A stretch of 64,000 nt of DNA, from positions 52,638,001-52,702,000 of the forward strand of contig OX597831.1 in NCBI GenBank assembly GCA_951406725.2, written 5' to 3'. The DNA is from Octopus vulgaris (taxonomy: Eukaryota). The notes beneath the pieces were generated by a model, which was not told the origin of the DNA, made no database searches, and saw only the letters and a list, made by a program, of their open reading frames with translations. This document shows positions 54,700 through 64,000 of this stretch, piece after piece; positions within the stretch are counted from its first letter, which is position 1; the number at the start of each line of letters is the position of its first letter. The position numbers and the translations under genes were made by a program.

Positions 54700-56040
54700 G
54701 ACATTTCAGTCACTATGAATCAGTGAAGCATGCAACATCATACTATCATAACTGAGATGCTTTTAAAAGTAGTAACTCCCTCCTCTTTAACATAGTCTTC
54801 CAGACCATAACAGAGGGGTTTAAGACTCGTTGTTCATGAAAGCTCATCTATGCTGATGACCACATTCTAATAGCTGAATCTGTTGTAGAATTAGAAATTA
54901 AATTCCAGGTGTGGAAATAAAATCTGAAATCAAATAGCCTTAACCCTTTAGTGTTCGCATTATTCTGCCAAAATTAATACTTTTTTATCCACATTGTTTT
55001 GAACTAATCATGCATTATCTTGTAGCTATGAGATTTTGATGAAGTGGATGCTAATTTTTAAAACGATAATGTAGGGTTGGTGTGAGAGACCAGATTTGGC
55101 CAGTTTGAACATAAAACAGGCAGAATACTTTTGGTCGGATATGGCCAGTTTAAATGCTAAAGGGTTAAAGTTAACTCAGCAAAGACCAAAGTTCTAGTAA
55201 GCAGGAAAACAGACAAATTTCTAATTCCTTCAAATAAATGGCCCTGTTCAATATGTAGAAAAGGTTTTGGTAGAAATTCCATACAGTACACCCAGTGCAA
55301 ACTGTAGACATTTAAGAGGTGTAGTAGACCAACAGGAAGGTTAACAGAGAAAGTAGGTTTTGTATGCAGCAGATGAGCAGGAGCAATATATAATAAGAAT
55401 TTACAAGAAATAAACTGTCTTGAATGCCCAGGAGGGTCCTTAGAGATAGTAGATAATTTCAGTTACCTAGGTGACCTAATTAGCAGTGGAGGAGGATGCT
55501 CTGAATGCATAATCATTAAAATAAGAATCAGTGGGAGAAAGTTCAGAGAGCTGTTACCGTCATTGGTAACAAAAGGTCTCTCTCTCTCAGCATGAAAGGC
55601 ACATTGTATGATGCTTGTGTATGAACAGTAATGCCACATAGTAGTGAAACATGCACCATAAATGCAGAGGGCATGCAAAGGCTAGAAAAAAATGAGCTAG
55701 CATTCTCTGTTGGATGTGCAACATCAGTGTGCATGTACAACAAAATGCAAATGTGATGAGAGAAAAATTTGGCACAAGTGACATCAGATGAAGTGTGCAA
55801 GACCAAAGACTGATCTGGTATAGTCATGTAATCATATGGACGTGGACAGCTGTATAAAGATGTGTTGATTGCTAAGTGTGGATGGAACCTGCGGAAGACA
55901 GTAATTCAGGAAGATGTGAGACAAAGTAGTGAAGAATGATCTTCAGATGTTGAACCCCGGAAGAGGTCAAAAGGACCAAGATGATTGGTGACTTTCTGTG
56001 TTCAAGAAGACCTGTCCATTTCAGCAAAAATGAGGCCCTA
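54700..56040 (+). mobile_element. RTE-clade LINE reverse transcriptase remnant
   Basis: LIYADDHILIAES...KVNSAKTKVLVS...WPCSICRKGFGRNSI...LEIVDNFSYLGDLISSGGGCSE...KFRELLP.LVTKG.SL..KG.LYDACV, with stops and frameshifts. Confidence 0.85.
54940..55168. mobile_element. piggyBac-type MITE nested in the RTE remnant
   Basis: TTAA|CCCTTTAGTGTT ... AATGCTAAAGGG|TTAA: TIRs with a TTAA target-site duplication. Confidence 0.8.
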
Positions 56041-56780
56041 AAAGCATATTATTTATGTCTATGCCCCCGCACCTAATCTATCCCTCATATGTCTTTTACC
56101 CACAACTCATCAAACACCTTCCTTTCCATCATTCTTCTGACCATGACAATGCTCACACAGCTGCTGTAATTATACAAGAGCAGAATTGCAAATATTGAAT
56201 TTTCCATTTTTCTGTGTCCTCACTCACCCTTCCTGAAACCACTTCCATTGTCATTTGCATTCTCAATATCATCCCTTACAACCTTATTTTCTTCTGAAAT
56301 CCTCTTTCACCTCCACTTCTCCCCTGTACACTCTCTCACTTTGCTTATGGAAGCCCCACTACCTACCTTCACTTCCCACCATTTCCACCCCTATGTACCT
56401 CTGACCTCATCCCTGGCACAATGCATCTCTTGCACATCACCCACACTTCACCTTCATATCACCAGTGTTGTCTCCTATCACTTTCACCTTCTGCACCTCA
56501 CAAAATTGATATTCAACACTGACCATGCCTCCAACCTAGTTCACCGTTCACTGCTTCACTGCATTCACCTCATTCTCTGTCTTTAGTCATCCACCACTCT
56601 CCTTTCACACTCTCGAAAATTTACCTACCCATTCATTCATTCTATTCATTTATCTGGACTACTTCTCTTATATTCCCCTTTCTGTAACTTGAGAGTATGC
56701 ATTGACACTTCTTCACCACCATCTTTTCTCATTTACAAACTGGAGTAGCTATTTATCTCACTTACAGCAAAACACCTCTT

Positions 56781-56836
<56 letters not shown>

Positions 56837-57129
56837 TTCAACCTTTCATTACCTGGTATAAAGCCACCTTCCTCAAAACTACACTCCACCACCTCAAGTA
56901 AGAGGTCTTGTTTTGCAAGTTATTTGGTAACCTCATTGGTGCCAGTGACACATAAAAAGCACCCAGTACACTCTGTGAAGTGGTTGGTGTTAGGAAGGGC
57001 ATCCAGCCATAGAAACCTTGACAAAGCAGACTTTGGAGCTTGATGCAGTCCTCTGGCTCATCAGCTCTTGTCAAACCATCCAACCCATGCCATCAAGGAA
57101 AACAAATGTTAAACAGTGATGATGAGTAT

Positions 57130-58014
57130 GAGGGAAATTTTTGCTTGCATTTTAATGTGGACCATCATGGAGAAAATAACTAGACAAAATACAATATTGT
57201 TAGGGGCAGAAAATTTCAACGTAGGGAAAACAAAAGCCATCAAGAGATGTGCAAATTGTCCAAAAACCAAAGAATATTCAGGAATTTTAAATAGAATATT
57301 TAGAATAGAATATTTTGGTGTTCTGCATGCATGCATTGCGCTGCATTAGCATTTCAGATCATAAGTTTGCAAAAGAAATTGCACCTTGATTTTAATTTTT
57401 TATAAGATTATAATAGTGCAAGAAATCTATCAAAGCATTTGGAAAAGCCAGAAAACATTTGCAGAAAACATGCTTGCAATGTACACAGATGACATGATTC
57501 TTCCCACAAGTTGATGAAGCACATATTTATTTGTCTGGTTGCATAAATAAGCATAACTTCTGCTACTGGTAAGGCAGCAATCCCTGATGAGTACTTAAGT
57601 GCCTCCTTTGCTGCGAACATGAAACAGTGCAGTACTGTGTGGCAAACCTCAGTGCAATAACTCCTTATCTCTTTGAAAAGGGTGTAAATAAAATATCAGC
57701 AAATTATAATGACTGCATATTTATTCTGCACAACTTCTGTTTCCTAGAACTGAACAGCTGTGGCATTAATACTTCACTTATACGGTTTCAACTAAGATGG
57801 AGCTGATGCCCATACAAGAGCTTTCACAAATATTACTAAAGCCACAGGAGTAGCTATGTGGTGAAGAAGTTTGCTTCTCAACCACATTTTCAGGTTCTGT
57901 CCTACTGTATGGCACTCTGGGCAAGTATCCTCTACCATAGCTTCAGGCCATCCAAAGCCTTGTGAAATGATTTGGTAGCTGGAAACTGAAAGAAACTCAT
58001 CATATATATTTCTG

Positions 58015-58046
<32 letters not shown>

Positions 58047-59280
58047 TATACTTTGTGTTTTTCCATGGTTTGATTTGATTCCATGTTTATGTTTAGTACT
58101 CAGCCAGTATTTAAAAATGAGGGAAGTGTTGTTATGCTAATATCAAACAGTGAGAATGGGTGCTCAACACTGCATTGGTGGATAGATGTTCTTTATTTGT
58201 GGGTTAATAAGCTAACCAATGGTTTCATATGAAGAGATCTTCACAATTGTTCAGGTGTACCACATGGAAATGTTAGTACCCATCTCCATTTTGGTTTTGT
58301 GTGTGTGTGTGCACGCGATTGCATGTGTGTGTGCACATCTGTGTGTATGTGTGTATGTAAGTATGTGTGTATGTATGTAAGTTTATAAGTATACGTACAT
58401 TTGTTTTACCCTCTCTTGACATCGCATGAATGTTGTAGCTGAGTGGTGCTGTTACACAAGCAGTGTCAATCATTTCCACTATTCTGTGTAAACATGTCTG
58501 GCTATGGGGAGATATTTACCTTGCTTGCAAACAGATGAGGGATGGCAACAGGAAAGGCATCTGGCTGTAGAAAATCTGCCTCAATAAATTCCATCCAACC
58601 CATGCAAGCATGGAAAAGTAGACATTAAATCAGCAATGATGAAACGTTTACTGGCCACATCATCTCCCATCATGGTGATGCTCCATCACCTGCATGATTG
58701 CTTGACATTACAGTGTGTGGCTGTTTCCTTGGTGGGGTTACCACAAAGGGAAAGTGTTCATCAACAAATAACTCATGCACATCAGATTACCTGAATGCAC
58801 ATATTTGTTAGGGAAGTAGAGCAGTACCCCATGACAATATGTGATGTATAATGCAGAACTTCCAGTACAAGCTACAATATGCGTGAAACAATGGGAAACA
58901 TCTAGATGACATCATTATCAATTCTCAATGAACAGTTAAGGCAACCACCTAGCAGAATTATTAACATGCCAAACAAAATGCTTAGAGGCATTTCGCTCAT
59001 CCTTATGTTCTGACTTCAAATTCTGCCAAGGTGTACTTTGCCTTCCATCCTTTCAGGGTCAATAAAATAAGTACTATTTGAGTACCAGGATCAATATAAT
59101 CAACTTGCCCACAGCCCTGAAATTGCTGGCCTTGAACCAAAATTTGAAATCAATATTAAATGACCAATTACTTATACGTTTTATGTTTACAAATGGCACA
59201 CATTGACCAGAGCGTTTGGACAATAAAAGTTGATAAATTACTATTTTTACCAGCTATGCTTCCACCAAAAAGAAAAACCC
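57130..59280 (+). mobile_element. Highly decayed Tc1/mariner (DUF4817-type) element interrupted by SINEs
   Basis: DEAHIYLSGCINKHNFCYW..SNP and FQL.GADAHT. SINE insertions at about 57845, 58400 and 58937. Confidence 0.6.
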
Positions 59281-59309
59281 TCAGGTTTCCTTAAGATTAT
59301 CTATTTATT

Positions 59310-59610
59310 TATGTGCCCTTTTCAAGCCTAGCTAGGCTCATGGGCCTGGTTTCCCAGTTTTTGTGGTGTATGTGTTCCCCTCAGCTGGATGGGACACCAG
59401 TCCATCGCAGCGTTACTCAAGAAACAGGAAGAGAGAGTGAGAGAAAGTTGGGCAAAAGAGTACAACAGAGGTCGCCACCACCCCCTGCCGGAGCCTCATG
59501 GAGCTTTAGGTGTTTTCGCTCAATAAACACACACAACGCCTGGTCTGGGAATCGAAACCGCGATCCTCTGACTGCAAGTCCATTGCCCTAACCACTGGGC
59601 CATTGCACCC
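59310..59610 (-). mobile_element. tRNA-derived SINE
   Basis: Head GGGTGCAATGGCCCAGTGGTTAGG and B box GGTTTCGATTCC. Same family as 45135. Confidence 0.75.
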
Positions 59611-59766
59611 TTATGATTACCTATCCTTAAGATTACTTAACAATATATGAGCTATCAATATGTGTGTGTGTGTGTGTGTGTGTGTGTTGTATTTTCTTTG
59701 AACTGAAACCATCATGAGCATTTGATCGAAATAATCAAACACACAAACACACACATACATACACAA

Positions 59767-59805
<39 letters not shown>

Positions 59806-60272
59806 TATACATATATATATATATAAGCACAGGCACAGATGTATGGTAAAGAAGTTAGCTTCCTGACCATAAGTTTCAGGTTCAATTCCACAGCATGGTA
59901 CCTTGGGCAAGTGTCTTCTACTATAGCCCTAGACCAACCAAAATCTTGACAGTGGATTTGATAGACACAAACTGAAATCAGCTTGTCATATATGTGTGTG
60001 TGTTTGTGTGTGTGCACACATGCGCACATGTGTGCACTACTGTCTCCTTGTCTTGACATTTTGTGATAGTTGTAAACCACTGTCATTGTCAAGAAAGCTT
60101 TCTTCATTTCCAGTCTTCCATGAAAATCTGTCAAGTCGTGGGGATATATATTACCTTACTTTAAACAGATGACAGTTGACAACAAGGACATGCGACTGTA
60201 GAAAATCCATCTTAACAAACTCCATCTGACCCATACAAACACAGAAAAGTGGTAGTTACTAGTGATGATGAT

Positions 60273-60303
<31 letters not shown>

Positions 60304-60349
60304 CATAGCACTGGAGGTTAACATATTCAAAGTTGGCTCTCTTATATTT

Positions 60350-60397
<48 letters not shown>

Positions 60398-60523
60398 GCA
60401 CATACACATACATATATTGGAATAAGAGAGATAGGATGATGGTGGGTTGGGGTAGAGCCAATTCTTAGTCGGTGACAAACACTTTCTTCTTTCTTTCCCT
60501 CCTCCTTTTCTTCAAAATACCTT

Positions 60524-60688
60524 TTAGCTTATACTGAAGGAGGAGAGATTTTTTGCAGCTGTTTGTATCCCAGATCCCATTTTGATGTAGAGTTCTGCTT
60601 CCAGAAGCTTCTTATCAAAGTTGTTTGGATCGTAGTACTGGCGCAACTTGTTCCGTAGAATCATGGAACGGTGAGCTGATGCACGTGC
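60524..60688 (-). CDS. Last coding exon of a CCDC177/CCDC185-like coiled-coil protein
   Basis: Acceptor TTTCTATTGCAG| followed by ARASAHRSMILRNKLRQYYDPNNFDKKLLEAELYIKMGSGIQTAAKNLSSFSIS* (165 nt, phase 0). It resembles the CCDC177 C-terminus as recalled ([31 protein letters not shown]); no database search was run. Confidence 0.8.
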   Translation of the reverse strand, partial: ARASAHRSMILRNKLRQYYDPNNFDKKLLEAELYIKMGSGIQTAAKNLSSFSIS

Positions 60689-60721
60689 CTGCAATAGAAA
60701 TGACATGTGAGTGAGTGAGTG

Positions 60722-61140
<419 letters not shown>

Positions 61141-61504
61141 CAGGTATATAGATAAACAGACAGATAGCTAGAGAGAAAGTGAGAGGCAAACGGACAGACA
61201 GGTAGACAGACAGCCAACAGACTGACAGACATGTAGATAAAATGAGAGATGTATAGTTAGTTTAAGCGACAGATATATAGACTGGAAGATAAATAATGTA
61301 ATAGATAGAGAGATAAGCAGACAGATAAAGTGGGAGATATATAGATAAGTAGAGACTTAAAGTTAGAGACACATAGAGAAACAGATAGATATATAAAGGT
61401 AGGAAGATGGATAAAGTTGCAGATATGTAGGTGAGCTGACAGATAAAGCTATAAACATATGGATAAAGAAGCAGATATATAGATTAGCAGACAGATTAAG
61501 GCTT

Positions 61505-61860
61505 CATCATCATCATCATCATCGTTTAACGTCGGTTCTCCGTGCTAGCATGGGTTGGATGGTTCGACCGGGGATCTGGGAAGCCAGAAGGCTGCACCAG
61601 GCTCCAGTCTTATCTGGCAATGTTTCTACAGCTGGATGCCCTTCCTAACGCCAACCACTCCGTGAGTGTAGTGGGTGCTTTTTACGTGCCACCTGCACAG
61701 ATGCCAGGCGAGGCTGGCAACGGCCACGGTCGGATTGGTGTATTTTACGTGCCACCGGCACGGAAGCCAGTCGAGGCGGCGCTGGCATCGGCCACGAGTC
61801 GGATAGTGCTTTTTACGTACCACCAGACCAGGGTCCTGGCTGGTTCAATTCGATTTTGAT
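61505..61860 (-). mobile_element. Young non-autonomous retroelement with RTE-type tail
   Basis: CpG-rich homologue of 51885-52500. Confidence 0.75.
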
Positions 61861-61947
61861 TTCGTTAGATATATAAATAATCAAATAGATAAAGCAAAGA
61901 AGTTAGTGAGAAAATCTCTATAAGAGATGAAATAGGAACTATACTAA

Positions 61948-62414
61948 GAAGTAATGTTTATCACCATATCAATATGGCTGTTTGACATTACTACCATTTT
62001 TAGCATTGGAAAGAGCCTCCTCCAGCTGATTATCTCAGCAATCTGCACCCAGATGACAGGATCACCAGACTGGATGGTTTCAGGCTATTTGGCCCATCAT
62101 CAGTGGTGAACACCCCACCACTTGCAATATCAATGACTGTCACTTGGTTTTCTATATATTGTGAGCTGGGGTGAATTCCTGCTATCTCTAGCAGCCAGGT
62201 ATTCACCACCGACAATGAGTACAAATAGCCCGAAACTGTTTGCCCTGATGATCCCTTCATCTCCTAGAAGATGGTAGAAGTTCGCTCCCCTCTTGCAATA
62301 TATACCAGGTGCAGACTGCATTGATAACCAGCTGTAAGAAGCTCTTCCTGGGGGTTAAAAATGGTAGTAATGTCAAACAGCCATATCAATGTGGTGATAA
62401 ACAAACATTACTTC
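61948..62414. mobile_element. MITE with ~65-bp terminal inverted repeats
   Basis: TTTATCACCATATCAATATGGCTGTTTGACATTACTACCATTTTTA versus TAAAAATGGTAGTAATGTCAAACAGCCATATCAATGTGGTGATAAA. Confidence 0.8.
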
Positions 62415-62522
62415 CAAGCAGATAAAGCTATAGATATATTGAAAGGTAGATGAATACAGTGGAAGGTATTAAATAGGCAGGTAGATAATGCAGTGATAGA
62501 TGGATGAACAAACATATAGACT

Positions 62523-62995
62523 GGTGCAGGCATGGTTAGGTAATTAAGAAGCTCACTTTGCAACAGTGTGGTCTCAGGCTCAATCCAATTGTATGGCACC
62601 TTGGGCAAGTGTCATCTGCGACAGCTTCTGGCTGACCCATGCCTAGTGAGTGAATTTGGTTGATTAGAAACTATGTGAAAGCTGGTTGGATATGTGTATG
62701 TATGTGTGTGTGTGTGTATGCATGCATATGTTTTGTGTGTGTGTGTGTGTGTCTATGTATGTGCGCATGATTGAGTGTGTATACATGTGTGTGTGTTTGT
62801 GTTTAACTCCCCCACTGCTTGACAACCGATATTGCTTTGTTTACATCCCAGTAACTTAACAATTTGGCAAAAGCAACCAATAGCATAAGTACCAGACTTT
62901 AAAGAAAGAATAAGCATTTGTCCCATTTGCTTAACTAAAACCCTTCGAGGCAGTGCCCCAGCATGACCATAGTCCAATGACTAAAACAAGTAAAA
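62523..62995 (+). mobile_element. CORE-type SINE (OR-like), older copy
   Basis: Head, CCTTGGGCAAGTGTC core and tail are recognisable. Confidence 0.75.
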
Positions 62996-63160
62996 AAAAA
63001 AAAAGAAAAAAGTAAAAATGAAAAAAGACAGGCAGGCAGATAAGATGACGGATGGATGGACAGACAGACAAATGGACAAGTATACAGATAGGCAGACAAA
63101 CATACAGGTATTCAGATCAACAAACAGTCATAGTGCAATCCGCCTGACTAGAAAACTCAC

Positions 63161-63269
63161 CTCATTCATTTGCTGCTCCCTGGCAGCCTGTATTTCTTCC
63201 AACCGCTTTTCTTTCTCACTCAGATGTTCTACTGTCTTCTCTTTCCACAACTCAAGATATGTGTTGATC
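63161..63269 (-). CDS. Penultimate coding exon of the CCDC177/CCDC185-like gene
   Basis: TTTATTTCAG|G ATC...GAG|GTGAGT. It encodes INTYLELWKEKTVEHLSEKEKRLEEIQAAREQQMNE (coiled-coil) and splices in frame to 60688. Confidence 0.8.
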
Positions 63270-63299
63270 CTGAAATAAAGATATGGATATTGCATCATA

Positions 63300-63865
63300 A
63301 GTGAGAACCCCCCTTCGGTCATGACACAGACCATGGGATTGCACCTAGAAAGTTACCCTCCCAGGCACAAGTCCGAGCAAGGTTGTTTATGGAAGACCAG
63401 CAGTCGCCCATGCATACCTATTTCTTTACTACCCACAAGGGGCTAAACACAGAGAGGACAAACAAGGACAGACAAACGGATTAAGTCGATTATATCGACC
63501 CCTGTGCGAAACTGGTACTTATTTAATCGACCCCGAAAGGATGAAAGGCAAAGTTGACCTTGGCGGAATTTGAACTCAGAACATAACGGCAGACGAAATA
63601 AGGTTACACATTTCGCCCGGCGTGCTAACGGTTCTGCCAGCTCACCGCCCTCCCCTCTCCACGCCACCAGTGTCATCCAAGGAAAGGCAACAGCCAATAC
63701 AGCTTGGCACTTGTGACGCTGTAACTCATTTCTACAGATGAGTGAACTGGAGCAACGTGAAAAGTGTCTTGCTCAAGAACACAACACGTAGCCCGGTCCG
63801 GGATTCGAGCTCACAACCTCACGATCATAAGCTCGACACTCTAACCACTGAGCCATGTGCCTTCA
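63300..63865 (-). mobile_element. Third-family SINE with a second-family SINE (63425-63648) nested inside
   Basis: Both heads are recognisable on the minus strand. GCATCATAAGT flanks both ends (about 63292 and 63868) as a probable TSD. Confidence 0.75.
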
Positions 63866-64000
63866 CTGCATCATAAGTAGTGAGCCTTTAATTAGATGAA
63901 TGAGGATAATACAACCCTTGGACACATCTTGCAAATGAGTGTCCCGTCTTAGTGATTTCTCAGCCTGCTAGAAATAGAAGCCAAGACTCCTTCCCATTTC

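Overview
AT-rich eukaryotic DNA, most likely an octopus (coleoid cephalopod), judged from its tRNA-derived SINE families and very dense microsatellites. Almost all ORFs in the supplied track are microsatellite or transposon artefacts. The only convincing host coding sequence is the last two coding exons of a minus-strand CCDC177/CCDC185-like coiled-coil gene (63269-63161 and 60688-60524). The flanks (about 1-16.6 kb and 39.6-64 kb) are a patchwork of SINEs, RTE and Penelope remnants, Tigger, Tc1/mariner, Helitron and MITE elements, including two hammerhead-ribozyme motifs. The most unusual part is a ~22 kb plus-strand domain (about 16.7-39.1 kb). It starts at a strong splice acceptor, ends at a poly(A) signal with a GU-rich downstream element, and lacks intact young SINEs and any credible ORF. 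It carries six dispersed, co-oriented stem-loops whose stems differ in sequence but stay paired, while the loop always presents GUCAUAC. This suggests a long non-coding RNA or giant 3' UTR with a repeated protein-binding module. All calls were made by eye, and TE boundaries are approximate.
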